Assembly (NCBI RefSeq): GCF_006345805.1
Contig: NC_043007.1
Span: forward strand, 52,452,001 to 52,516,000
Source: Octopus sinensis
Lineage: Eukaryota
Length of the DNA stretch: 64,000 bases
Reading direction: 5' to 3'
The stretch's first letter is position 1. Each line of letters starts with the position of its first letter. The notes under the pieces were generated by a model that was given only the letters and a program-made list of their open reading frames with translations, had not been told where the DNA came from and did not search any database. Both the position numbers and the translations under genes were made by a program. Of this stretch, positions 49,536 through 63,500 are shown piece after piece.

Positions 49536-50060
49536 CTAATGTAGGATAAAAATTTTTTCGGGAAAACAATTTTATCAATGGCCAACATATCAAAAAATAC
49601 CTTTAAAGGTTAAATTTATAAATAATTTACAAAATGAGGGCAGAAGAAAAATTTTAATGCCAAATATGCCGAAAAAAAGACAAAAATTGTCCATAACCAT
49701 TCTAATTTATGTGTCTCAAAACAAACCGATAGAAATTTCTAAAAAATCCGTTATTACCGCATTGGTCCCAATTTCGGGGTTAATTCATAAGAATTTTCCC
49801 TTCTTCAGCGATAAATACGTGAGATATAAGTGAAATACTTACTCATACCCATGGAAAAAGCAAGCACTAAGTCCTGAGCAGACCCAAATACCCCAAATAT
49901 ATCCAAAATAGAAAATCTTTGGCACATCTCGAGACACGTGTGATTCAAACTAGAAACTTTCACAGAGTGAGAGAATCCAGAAGTGAACACTATTCAATTT
50001 ATAAATAATGTAGGATAAAATTTGTTTCGAGACGCATAAATTTTGTAAAGTATATATATA

Positions 50061-50727
50061 ACTTTCAGAACAAGAGAGAAGGAGACACTGATGGTCCTAT
50101 GGAAAACATTCGTCCTTAGCCGCTTGGACTACTGCTCCCAACTTTGGTCACCACACAATATAAAACAAACAGCAGAACTCGAAGCAACTCAGAGAAGCTA
50201 CACAAAGAAAATCGTCTCAATGCAAAATGTCAGCTACTGGGAAAGACTGAAGGTATTAAACCTCTTCTCCTGGAGCGGAGGCGGGAGAGATATGCAGTGA
50301 TATACATCTGGAAAATCCTGGAGGGTCTTGTCCCAAACTTTGGCATTCAAAGTTACTCCAACCGCAGAACGGGGCGCCGCTGCGTGGTGCCAAGGATTCC
50401 AACATCACCATCAAAATACAGGTCCAGATACTGCAACAGCTTGGGTTTCAGAGGACCACAGCTCTTTAACATCCTCCCTAAATGCCTGAGAGACTTACAT
50501 GGTGTGGATGTGGGTTTCTTTAAAACTAAACTGGATCTCTTCTTGTTGGGAGTCCCAGATGAACCTACCTCACGACAGGAGACACGGATGCGGGCAGCAG
50601 CATCGAACTCCCTTGTTGATCAAGTGCCACGTATCAGAGGTGGATTCACAAACTAGTGTAGCTCATTCAGCGGTGGTGCCCCAGCATGGCCACGGCCTTT
50701 GGGCTAAAACATTTTTAAGGATTAAGG
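50061..50727 (+). mobile_element. CR1-clade LINE 3' fragment
   Basis: VLSRLDYCSQLWSP...LERRRERY...GFRGPQLFN...GVPDEPT; homologous to 3280-3930. Confidence 0.93.
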
Positions 50728-50747
50728 ATTTATATATATATATGTAT

Positions 50748-50847
<100 letters not shown>

Positions 50848-50894
50848 GTATATATATTATACATATCCATGTGTGTATATATAGTGTGTATATA

Positions 50895-51090
50895 TATTAT
50901 TTCACTTGTTCCAGTCATTTGACTGTATCCATGCAGGAGCACTGACTTTAATCAAACAAATCAACCCCAGGATTTATTCTTTGTAAGCCTAGTATTTATT
51001 CTATTGGCCTCTTTAGCCAAACTGCTAAGTTACAGGTAAGTAATCATACCAACATCGGTTGTCATGAGATGGTGAGAAGACAAACACAGA
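50895..51090 (-). mobile_element. SINE family A 3' half, diverged
   Basis: cttgttccagtcatttgactg..ccatgc.ggagcac. Confidence 0.75.
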
Positions 51091-51099
51091 CACACACAA

Positions 51100-51465
51100 A
51101 TATATCATCATCATCATCATCGTATAACGTCCATTTTCCATGCTAGCATGGGTTGAACGATTTGACCAAGGTCTGGGAAGCCATGAAGCTGCACCAGGCT
51201 CCAGTCTGATCTGGCCGTGTTTCTGCAGCTGGATACCCTTCCTAACACCAACCACTCCATGAGTGTAGTGGGTGCTTTTTACGTGCCACCGGCACAGGTG
51301 CCAGGCGAGGCTGGCAATGGCCATGATCGGTTGGTGCTTTTTACGTGCCACCAGCTACCTTTTCCACAGGTTCCCTCAACCGCTAGGGTGTGGCTCTTTT
51401 TCACACAACTATCTTCGTCCATTCTCGCCACATGATCATACCAGCGCAATCGTCTCTCTTGCACA

Positions 51466-51470
<5 letters not shown>
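51100..51470 (-). mobile_element. RTE 3' end with internal deletion
   Basis: (CAT)n tail and UTR joined directly to QERRLRWYDHVARMDEDSCVKK coding sequence. Confidence 0.85.
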
Positions 51471-51503
<33 letters not shown>

Positions 51504-51511
<8 letters not shown>

Positions 51512-52029
51512 ATATTTCGGAATGGTCATATTGCCAGTCTAGCCAATAAAAACACACGCACTATATATTTGGTGTTATTTTGCTTCAGTGATATTTATTT
51601 TTTACATTAATCTTAATCTTATTTCGGCCAGAGTTCTTTCGTCACACTCCTGTGACCGCATCAGTGGTCCTTTGTTTTCTTCTCACTTATTTGTGTCTCT
51701 CCTTACTAACCGTCAGCCATTTTGTATTTCTATTGTACGTCTTCATTTGCGCATGCTTATATCTCTATGTGCGTCTATGTTTATTTAGTGTGTGTGTGGG
51801 GGGATGCCTGTAATATTTGTATCTTCTGTTTATATACATTCATGTAATTTGTATTTTGTTTTTGTTGCTTTTGTTCTAATTTTGTTCATGTGTTTACATC
51901 CACCCATTATTATCATTACATATGCTTGTATGTATGTATAACAACAATATTATTAATAATAATAATAATAAATCTAATCGAAAAAAAAAAAAAATATATA
52001 TATATATACATATACACACATATATACAC

Positions 52030-52092
<63 letters not shown>

Positions 52093-52256
52093 CATATACA
52101 TATATATAGTTATTCATTTCTATTTGTTTATTTATCTGTGTATTTATTGTTTTCAGGATCCTCTATCGTCATATGTTGTGGTGTGTGCTATTGCTCCATT
52201 CTAGTTTTCTATTCAGGCTAAACTGGCAATATGACCATTCCGAAATATAACAATAT
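51504..52256. repeat. Segment bounded by 41-bp inverted repeats, containing a hammerhead motif
   Basis: Arms 51504-51544 and 52216-52256 (1 mismatch); minus-strand HHR at 51628-51667. Confidence 0.8.
51628..51667 (-). ncRNA. Minimal hammerhead motif (A9C)
   Basis: CCA-CUGAUGC-G-GUCACAGGAGUGUGAC-GAAAG-AA-CUC-UGG. Confidence 0.6.
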
Positions 52257-52387
52257 CTGTTTCAACACACGACTTCACATAAAAAATCTTGCACAACAAA
52301 TATTTAAACGTATATATATATATTATATATATATAATATATATATATAATTCTTTCACACATTTCAGCCATTTGACTGCAGCCATGC

Positions 52388-54395
52388 CTTGTTCTTCCAT
52401 GTCTGTTTCTTTTCCCTAATGGCACTGTCAACTACATTGTTCCACTACCATGTTACCTTAGGTTGAGAAGGGACTTTACACCAGCCACAGATCTGATCAG
52501 ATGCCATCAACACATTGTCCAATAGGAACCTCCAGTTGTCTTCCACATTATCTGATGTTATATCCTCCTCTTTTTCGTCAAAAGCTATATGTAATACATC
52601 TCTAAATCTCTGTCCATTCAGAGGATCCTTAAGCTTCCAAACCTTTCTTTTCCATGCTGGTCATCTTCTGGGAAGCCATTTAGCCCTGATCCTGAACTTG
52701 CTAACTACTAACCTATGTTGTGGGGTGCATTCTTCAACTGGGAAAGTTTTGGCATTTATAGGTAGCCATCTTTCTCATTTCCTGACAAGAATGTAGTCAA
52801 TCTGATAAGCGTGTAGGCCAGACTAGTAGGTGAATAGGGGACTGGTAGATTTACTGAAGTTAGTATTACAACTCATAAGACCATTTGCATCACAGAACTC
52901 CAGTAAAAAGCTGTACAAGCCATGTACAGGGATGCTGTCAGTAAGGTGATGGTTAGCAATGAGAATTGTGAACAATTCCAAGAAGAAGTAGCAGTTCACC
53001 AAGGATCAGTCCTCAGCCCCCTCTTCTTCATTCTAGTCCTCCAGGAAATAACAGAATTCAAGACAGACTGCCCCTGGGAGCTCCTCTATGCTGAAGATCT
53101 TGCTCTAATAGCTGAGTCCCTGCCAGAACTGGAGACAAAGTTTAGAGTGTGGAAGCAAGGTCTAGAATCGAAGGGCCTTAGAGTCAATCTAGCAAAAACC
53201 AAAGTCTTAGTAAGCAGGAAGACAGAAAAATCACAACTCCCTTCAGATAGATGGCCCTGCTTGATCTGTAGAAAAGGCAAAGGTAGAAACTCCTGGTTCA
53301 AGCTATGGACACATATGAGGTGCAGCAATATCAAAGGAAGGTTAACTGGGAAGATTTAGAGCGTGACAGATGCACAAGGGCAATAAACACTGAAAATGTG
53401 CAGAAAACATTCTATCACATGCCAGAGGAAAAACTAGAAGTAGTTGATAGCTTCTGCTACCTAGGTGAGCAATTCAGTCACAGGGGTGGATGCTCTGACA
53501 GTATAGCTGATAGAATAAGAATAGCCTGGGCAAAGTTCAGAGAGCTCCTACCTCTGCTGGTCACAAAGTGTCTCTTGCTCAGAGTGAAAGGTAGACTGTA
53601 TGATGCACATGTGTGAACAGCCATGCTACATGGCAATGAAAGATGGGCCATGACTGCTGACGACATGCATAGGCTTGAAAGAAACGAAGCTAGTATGATC
53701 CACTGGATGTGTAATATCAGTGTGCATGCACGACAGAGTGTAAATACCCTGAGAGAAAAGTTGGATATAAGAAACATCTGATGTGGTGTGTTGTGAGACG
53801 ACTGCACTGGTATGGTCATGTGTTGCGTATGGATGAGGACAGTTGCGTGAAGAAAGAGTCACACCCTAACAGTGGAGGGAACCTGTGAAAGAGGTAGACC
53901 CAGTAAGACCTGGGACGAAGTGGTGAAGCATGACTTTTGAACCTTGGGCCTCACAGAGGCAATAACAAGCGACTGAGACCTTTGGAGATATGCTGTGCTT
54001 GAGAAGACCCAGCAAACCAAGTGAGATTGTAGCCATGGCTGATGCCAGTGTCACATAACCAGCCCATTTAAGAATACCCTTCAGTTGTCAGGCAATATGC
54101 TGTGCCTGAGAAGTGAAATCATTGTCATGGCTGATGCCAGTGCTGCCTGACTGGCACCCATGCCGGTGGCACATAAAAAGCACCATAGAGTGTATTCGAT
54201 GCCAGTGCCACCTGACTGGCCCTCATGTTGGTGGCACGTAAAAGCACTCCCTGCACTCCCAGAGAGGTTGGTGTTAGGAAGAGAATCCAGCTGTAGAAAT
54301 CTGCCAATCAGATTGGAGCCTAGAGCAGCCTCCTGGCTTGCCAGTCCACAGTCAAACTGTCCAACCCATGACAGCATGGAAAATGGACGTTATGA
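52388..54395 (+). mobile_element. RTE LINE with inverted 5' segment
   Basis: 52388-52903 is antisense APE-linker sequence (matches 28690-29210); 52908-54395 is sense RT through 3' UTR. Confidence 0.85.
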
Positions 54396-54416
54396 ATATA
54401 TATGCATATATACATA

Positions 54417-54477
<61 letters not shown>

Positions 54478-54479
<2 letters not shown>

Positions 54480-57470
54480 TAAATTAGAGATAAAACCACT
54501 ATTAGGCAAATCAAACAATGAAAAACTTAAGCCAATACATAAAATTAATTAATTTATATTATTTTAAATATATATCAAAAGTATTAAAAGTTTAATAAAA
54601 GATAATGAGTAAAACACTACGATCGTTTCATGGCTGTCCAATTCTTAATAATTCGAGTTATGGTTACAGTCAATCATCAGGTAATTGAAATATCTAAAAT
54701 ATAATCAGAAATATTTAAACAATATTTTTAAGATATAAATAATATAATAATTTTACCTATAATAAACTCTATTATCAAACTAGAAACATAGAACTTAACA
54801 ATTATGATTATATCAAAATCAACTATAATGTTAAATATTAATTTTAATTTATAAGGTAGGAAATCCACCCATAATCTAATATCGGTATTAGTCTATATCT
54901 AATTACATAAATATTTTAAAATGACTAATATATATAAATTATCAATGAAAATATATAAATGTATATAAATATTATAATTAAGATCTAAAATAATCTCTAT
55001 AAATAAATGTATATGCACATATAATAAAAACCTAATAAATTTAATTTTTCATATTTAAAGATGAAATAGCTAATTTCAAAATACAAATAAACAAACTTAA
55101 ACAAACTTTCGGAAATCTTATGTAAAATACTTTTAGAAATAATCAATTCGTAGTAATATAGTATCGAATAAATACTATAAATACTATAAATATAATTATC
55201 AATGGGAATAGCTAGCGAATATCAATTTAAAGAAATAACTAAGTTATGCTATTAAATTAGACATGGCCTGGACCAATCTTTAGTCGAAACATATCTAAGT
55301 TTATCAAAGTTTATCTAATTTAATTATAAATTTAAAACTACAATTAATACTATTAAAACATGTATATACAAAAGCCTAACTTAATACACCTCGTATGCTT
55401 GCTATCAAATAACAAATCTATCGCTAAGTAGTATCTTACGAATAAACTTAAATTTAATATCTAATAATATAGAAAATTACGATAATTAGATCATTACATA
55501 AACAACGATATTTACATAAGGAGAATATTATTACTCCAAAGACTTATACAATATTAAAATTTACAATTTGAAGATCTTAAATAAATACATGCTTATCTTA
55601 GCGAGGTTTAGCAATGAACTAAAATTTTGATTCGGAAAACGTCTTTACAGCGTTTATAAGAATACTTGTGGAATTACGTTATTAGCAAAAAAAAAGAATA
55701 AATTGTTGAAGAATTCATTACGCGTGAGGAACCTACATTTTATTAATGATTGTGAATGGGAAAATTATTTGTTTATCATTGTAAATAGAATGAAGTCACA
55801 AATAAAGAATAAAATCTCTCTATACTATAATATTTATTAATAAAATAACTATGATAAATGAAACTTAATACAAAATAAATTAAATGATTTAAATGATTAA
55901 AAACCACTAATTATTAAATATATTCTAAAAATCTTATAAAAATTTATTTATATAGTAACTAACCCCTCAACATACTATAAAGTCTTTCCCATGCCCTTAT
56001 AATTATAAGCTAAAATTAGTGATCATAACCAAATCTATAAATACTTATCAAAATTTGTAGTATAACTATACATACGTATACATAAATATATAAAAAATAT
56101 ACATACATATACATATATATATACATATATATATACATATATATATATATACATACATATACATATACATACACATATACACATACATACACACATACAT
56201 ACATATACACACATATATACACCCACATACACACATACACATATGCACACTCATACATGTACATACATACAATACTCAATATATACACTTACACCTATAT
56301 ATACACACCCACACACATACACATAAATAAATGTATATACATATACATATATATACACACACATCATCATATACACATATATACATACACACACAACCAC
56401 ATATATCATATAATAAATACATATATAAATGTCTATAATCATACTACAATACAAAATAGAGGTAAATATTAAGTTAAATCTAAATAATTAATCTACTAAT
56501 CTATACTTCTATATTAAATAAAATAGATTAAATAAACAACTAAATAAATCTATTTCAAATATAAAGATATTACATACAAATAGATTAATATAACAAAAAT
56601 TATAATTTAACGAAGTTATAACAGAAATATAACAAAATATATAAAATAAATAAAATTGTAACTTACCAGACTCTATATTCAATAAACCATTAAATATTTA
56701 TTAAAAATATATTTAGTAATAAAATATTTAGTAATAAAATATTTAGTAATAAAATGAACAACTATATATAATCTAACTATAATTAAAAACAGAACCTAAA
56801 TAACTAAAATAAACTAATATAATAAGAACTACAAATCACCTGCTATATTTAGAATACTATTACATAAAACAACAAATAAGGAGCTAATTAAGGCTAAGAA
56901 ATATTCATTATATCAAGAAATTTATTATATAAGTAAAGTAACTTCTGTCTGCATTTTATTTTGCGCTCATCACAGATATTCAGTAAATTATCATGCTTAT
57001 AAAATAAAATTTCCTTAAACTCATTAGAACATAAATAACAAAAATTCGCTCCTATACTATATGATTTAGTTTTACTAATTATTTCCCAAGATAAATTATA
57101 ATTAATATTTTGGGATTTAAGTCCCCAAATGTACTTGCTAAATCCAGTGGAGTTGATTAAATTTTTATTTTTAAATGAATTCATATGTTGTGCGATTCTT
57201 AATTTTATTTTAGAGGAAGTGGACCCTATATATATCGCGTTTGAGTTATTATTATTCTTATTATTCTCATCATGTAATGTAACATTTATTATTTAATTTA
57301 CATTTGGTTTTATCTCTACATGTACAGTTAATTAGTGTCTTATCTTTATTATTGGTATTATTATATAATTTATTTTTATAAAAATTATTCAGTTTAAATT
57401 TGTTAAAAGAAGAAATAATGTTACCTACACTATTAGTGGTGGAATAACCTACTCCAAAATTATAACAAGG
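54478..57470 (-). mobile_element. Naiad-like PLE 3' part (linker CxC zinc motif, GIY-YIG, long AT-rich 3' region with HHR)
   Basis: INCTCRDKTKC; SFKNKNLINSTGFSKYIWGLK..YNLSWEII.KTKSY..FCYLC..E; HHR at 54615-54684. Confidence 0.75.
54615..54684 (-). ncRNA. Type I hammerhead motif
   Basis: UAC-CUGAUGA-UUGACUGU...ACAGCCAU-GAAAC-GAUC-GUA-GUG; palindromic stem III. Confidence 0.65.
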
Positions 57471-57506
57471 TGGAAAAAAAGAGTACTCAAATACCAGTGG
57501 TAGAGT

Positions 57507-57797
57507 AATATGCTTTATTTAAAGCAGCAGAAAATTCAACAAAACCTGTCACTCTGAGTTTCCCGTTGCCGTTCATCGGACAGTTTTCTTATTGCCTCTG
57601 TGAGGCCCAACGTTCAAAGGTCATGCTTCACCACCTCATTCCAGGTCTTCCATCCACTGTTAGGGTGTGACTCTTTCTTCATGCAACTGTCCTCATCCAT
57701 ACGCAACACATGACCATACCAGTGCAGTCGTCTCACAACGGGAAACTCAGAGTAACAGGTTTTGTTGAATTTTCTGCTGCTTTAAATAAAGTATATT
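57507..57797. repeat. 62-bp inverted repeats derived from an HHR-bearing pLTR, enclosing an RTE fragment
   Basis: Arms 57507-57568 and 57736-57797 (2 mismatches); HHR on minus strand 57545-57583; RTE piece about 57590-57735. Confidence 0.85.
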
Positions 57798-57941
57798 TAT
57801 ATATATATATGCACACATATGTGTGTGTGTGTGTGTGTGCATACACATACACAAAGACTTGCACAGACTTGTATGATGAATTCTACAGGTTATAAATCTT
57901 GCAATGCTTAAACAAAATTTGCATATATGTATCTATATCTA

Positions 57942-57996
<55 letters not shown>

Positions 57997-58019
57997 ATAT
58001 ATATATATCTATATATATA

Positions 58020-58077
<58 letters not shown>

Positions 58078-58084
58078 ATATATG

Positions 58085-58122
<38 letters not shown>

Positions 58123-58261
58123 GTGTAGTAAATAAACATACAAGCATATACTAAATACACAGACAAACAGAAAACACTAATTTCCCTCTCTCTCTCTCTC
58201 TCTCACTGTCTGCTTTCTCTGTAGTTCTCTTCCTACTATCACATGATCTGTGATGGCTTAA

Positions 58262-58483
58262 CCCTTTCAATACCAACCCGGCTGAAACCGGCTCTGGCCC
58301 TGTAGTACAAATATCTTGTTTTCATAAGTTTCGAATTAAAATCTTCCACCAAACCTTAGTCACAATTTATGTTCCTTACACCAGCTTAATGATAACTAAG
58401 TTATTTTACTAAATTCTTTGTTATATTTAAAATTAATTGAAAGAAACACAGAGCATCTCAAAATAAATACAGTAACAAAAGGG
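58262..58483. mobile_element. piggyBac-type MITE
   Basis: TTAA at both ends (58258-58261, 58484-58487); termini CCCTTT...AAAGGG. Confidence 0.8.
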
Positions 58484-58970
58484 TTAAGCAATGTCATTCT
58501 TTTTCGTTTTGCCTTTGACTGGACTGGTCAATGTTTTCTGAGCTCCTCGCTCTACCCCTCATATGTCTATAGTCCTTTAGGACAGTTTTCATTTCTCCTT
58601 CGTGTTACCCATTTTTGTCTTGTCTTGCAGCCCTAAAGCCTTTTTTTTTGCTGTATATGTATTATTATCATTTTAATTGTTGTCTTTGTGTGGCCCTAAG
58701 CCTTTATTCTGTTTATTATTTTGTCCCTCGTCCATTCACTAATGGTCTCAGCTCAAACCCATCTTGTTTTGTTATATCTTGGTCCCATTCCCACCAAGTT
58801 TCTTGCTAGTGCCTCCAGAGTGGAAGGAATATTATCGATAATGGCTGAAATTGTGATTGACCCTCTGGCCAATAACTGAAAAGGAGTTGGTGACCTCTGT
58901 TTTCTGTTTGTCTGTGTTTTTAGTATATGTTTGTATGTTTATTTACTACACGTTTTTTAATTACACACAC

Positions 58971-59041
<71 letters not shown>

Positions 59042-59190
59042 ATATATATATATATACACACATGTAAATATATACAGTATATACATATATATATATGTAT
59101 GTAGGTATACAACCCATGCCAGTCCAAAACAATGGATATTAAATAATGATGATGATGATATATATATATGTACATGTGTGTGTGTGTATA

Positions 59191-60440
59191 CAGGCTGTCT
59201 CAAAATTAAGGCAACCAACTTTTTTCAATTTTGCCAAAGCAAAATATTGTTATATTTCAGGCCTGAGCATTGCAATGCAATGGTAAAGGAAACACAATTA
59301 TGATACAACCACATTTATTTGATTTGACCACCTCTGTTTCAAATCACAGCCTTAAGTCTAGGTGTGAATGCTTCACATGTGTCAGGCTACTGTTCTTTCA
59401 GAATCAAAGCCCATTTCTGGTAAAGTTTTGTCTTCAGAGTGTCAAGCAAAGTATGAGGAGTGCTCGAGACCCTCATCTCCAAAATGGACCAAAAAGAAAA
59501 ATCCAACAGGTTGAGATTGGAGCTTCTTGAGGGCCATACATCATTGTCTATGAACGACAGAATGCTTTTCTGAATCCAGTGTTGTGTCTGTTTGGAGCTG
59601 TGGGATGGTGCCAAGTCCTGTTGGAGGCTCCAAGATGCATCGTGAAAATGCTCATTCACCTATGGAAGCAGTTCAGCTTCCGGAATGCTGCTGATGTATC
59701 ACTGGGCGTTAAAATTAACACTCAAAGGCACAAAAATGTGGGGAGACCTTCCAGTAGCTGTCAGAGCTGCCCAAACATAACTGACTTTGGATTTTGAAGT
59801 CGATTTATGAGTCTACCCTTGATAGAGCAACATTCACAACAATGTCAGTCATTCTGTTGGTTTACTGTCTGTTCCATGTCAAATTTCTTTTCATCAGTGA
59901 ACACCAGGTTGGGCAGGACAAGACAACGTTTCTCCAGTTCTTATAAACTAGCATGAGCTCATGATGGCAAGTCATCTTGTAGGGGTGGGTCCTGAGATCC
60001 GCCTTCAGCAATTGATACATTGATGTTCAGCTTATTTTTGCTGTGGCAGCCAGTTATCTGATGGAACGACAAGGATTTTGCTGTATCTTTTCTCTGGTAC
60101 TTTTGATAAGCTGAAGGGTCCATACGCTTCTTTTACAACCATGTCCAGATAGATCAGCAGTGGTACCAGTCTCTTTAAATTTTTTGACAATTTTCCAGAT
60201 TGTTGTTTGGTTAATCAATATTCTTGCTATAGCTGTATTACTTTCACCTCCTTTGTGGAGGGTTATGATTGTATTTCAGTCTATAGCTATTATCTAATTT
60301 ATAAATCTGAATCTACTTAGTCTGAAACAAAAAGAAGACCACTAAGTTTTCATAATGATGTATAATTTTGATATCTTATCACATTTATTGATATTTATTA
60401 AAGACTGAAACTCCAGTTGCCTTAATTTCAGGACACCCTG
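59191..60440 (-). mobile_element. maT (DD37D) Tc1/mariner-superfamily transposon, both TIRs present, ORF decayed
   Basis: TIRs caggctgtctcaaaattaaggcaac / gttgccttaatttcaggacaccctg with TA flanks; QQD-x37-D (WPSRSSNLNLLD). Confidence 0.9.
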
Positions 60441-60460
60441 TATATAAACACACACACACA

Positions 60461-60538
<78 letters not shown>

Positions 60539-60549
60539 ACACACACATG

Positions 60550-63500
60550 ATAATAGGGAATATAATTCCAAACTTACAGGGAAAAATTCAGTTTAGCAAT
60601 TCTAAATCAAATTTCACAATATATAATATATGTATATAATTAAGAGAAATAACCTCTATTAAGTAATTCAATAGTGAAAGAAATTATACATATTATATAG
60701 AAAAAATTTAAATATACTATAATAAATATTATTTAAAAAATCACTAAATTTCATGACTATATCTTTAAATTGATAATAATAAAATAATAAAATTGATACT
60801 ATGAAAATTAATTCGATTTAAAAATATAGCCACTCTACAGGTCTAAAATAATAATAAAGTAAATGTATGTGTCTAAACCTATAATAAATTAACAAATAAA
60901 TATAGAAATATACTTATCTTAACACTAAATAATCAAATAAAATATAATAATATTAATGAAAAATATAACCATAACTCATCTTATTGAAGAATTCCAGTTA
61001 ACTGAAATTTTAAATTTTAAACTTTGAACCTAGCATTGCTAAGAAATTTATCACATGAAAACATGACGTAAATAATAAACATAGAATAAATAGATAGAAA
61101 TATGTTATTTTAGCTGTGAAAATAAGAAATAAACTAGATGTAATATACAATTTACTGGAAAAATTCTTAATTCTCAATAATTTAAAACCAAAATACATAA
61201 AATAAACTAAATTTCAATAACTTAATCAATATTTATCAATTTATTTATTTTATAAACTCCTTGGTTTAATCTCATTCTACTACTAATAATATACACTACA
61301 TAATCATCTACTGCAAATTTATACTCATTATACTATTACAAATTATAACTACAAAAATTAGCAACATAAATCAGGTTTAAATATATACACAAATTAGCTA
61401 AACTCATTATATAAGTAATTTAATTTATGTCATCTTGGGAATTAAGCAATTTTTTATTATTAGATAATTATTAGATAAATTCATTTGTACATAGTAAACA
61501 AAAATTATTACCTATTCGATAAGATTTAGCTTTACAAACTACAAAAATTATTACCTATTCGATAAGATTTAGTTTTACAAACTATGTCCCAATTTAAATT
61601 ATACTTAATTCCTTTAGATTTCAATTCCCATATATATTTGCTAAGGCCAGTAGAATTAATCAATGTTTTATTCTTAAATGAATGCATGTATTGAGCCACC
61701 CTTAATTTAATTTTATTAGAAGTCAACCCCATGTAAATTGCATTTAAATTATAACTATTCATATTAATATTATCACCAATCAAAGTCGCTACCCATTTAT
61801 ATACTACATCATCCAAATTACATTTATTTTTAAATTTACATTTTGTCTTATCTCTACATGTACAATTAATTATATTCTGCTCTTTATTATAATTGGAATA
61901 ATTATTTAATTTGTGACTGTAAAACATATTAATCTTAAATCTATTAAAAGAAGAAATAATGTTACCAACATTATTAGTAGTAGAATAACCAACTCCAAAA
62001 TTATTACTAGAAAAAATGTTATATTTTTTATTATCTATAATGAATACTTCAATTAGTCTTAATATCTCTTTAATAATGTTTGTTTTAACTTGAGCCCCAT
62101 AAGGAATAATTAACCAAATTTTGTTCTTATTATTAACTTTATTTTTATTTATTATATTATTATATTTTTTATTATCATTAAACGAATTAAATTTATTCTT
62201 ATCATTTAGTCTATTATTATATTTATTTTTTGTATTATCATAATACCTATTATTAAAACCATTATTTCCTAAATAAAATTTATCATAATTCTTAATATTA
62301 GGTTTATTATTACAAATATCATAGGAATCATTTATATTATAATCTTTTATATTATAATTATATTTATAATTATTAAAGAATTTAATACTATTATTATATC
62401 TCCCCTCCCACAAGGCTTCATTATAATAAGGTGCTTGTTTTTGAAAAATCTCAAAACTAGAAGAAAGCGTCGATATTCTTTTACCTATATTATCTATCAA
62501 TGATTTCTTAAGGATGGGTGATTACTATTAGCATTAATATATCTAAGGTTTTCATTAATTTTATGGAATGGTTGGGTTTTACCTATTATTAAATTAAAAT
62601 TAGCATTTAAATAATTAACATTATAGTTCTCTTTATATATAGTAATACCTAATCCATATATTTAAAAAAAACTATATAGTTTCTTCTTATATAATTCTAG
62701 TGTTCTATTGGTGCAATTCTTAGTTAGTAATAAAAGGTCATCCCTATATAATCCACCCTTCAACTTTAATTTTTCTAATTGAAGTTCCAATAATAAACAA
62801 ATACTAACTCAGTCACCTGGGCAGAATCGGGTTCCCCCATAGGTATATCAAAATAATTTTCTTTCGTATCCTTCCTAGCCCACAATTTATTATTATATCT
62901 AATCAACGATTTCCTAGCCACTTTAACTACATTAACTGCATTATAAGTCATTCCAGCCTTATTCATTGCATAAATTAGGGCTTTATTGAGTACAATCTCA
63001 TTTATAGATGAATAATAATTATCTATGTCTATTTGGATGAATTTATATCTATTTTTATTTTTAGTATTATTAAACCATTTTAAAGTATCATTAGTACTAC
63101 TCCAAAGTTTTAGATAATTAAGTTCATTTGATTTATTAATATATTTATCTAAAATGATCTTACTCAATTTACCTTGATCTGATTTACATGGACAAATAAG
63201 TCTAAATTTTGGGTCACAATAAAAATTATCCTTATGGTTTTTTAAAGTAATTCTAGGGTGCATAGGTACATAAGGTTCAGTTTTATTATCTAACTCATAT
63301 TTCATCATGATTTATTTAGAGGCCTTATTCATATTCTCAGGAACAATTTTATATTATTTATTTATTTATTTCTCTAATAGATTATCATATAATTTAACAT
63401 CTAGTTTATGCAGGGTCCTAGTTTTATCTGATTGTACAATAATTCTTTCCATATTTTGCATTTCTTTTATTCTAATAGCTAGATTTCATAAATATTCATT

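Noticed and set aside
60800-60850. CUGUAGA...GAAUU HHR-like string in the PLE 3' region
   Set aside because: Stem II and the GAAA/GUH half are not convincingly formed
56894-62500. Selenocysteine (UGA) recoding reported for some Naiad PLEs
   Set aside because: The conserved Cys positions I could read (CTC..C, FCxLC) are ordinary Cys codons; visible stops are explained by decay and the 43-bp duplication
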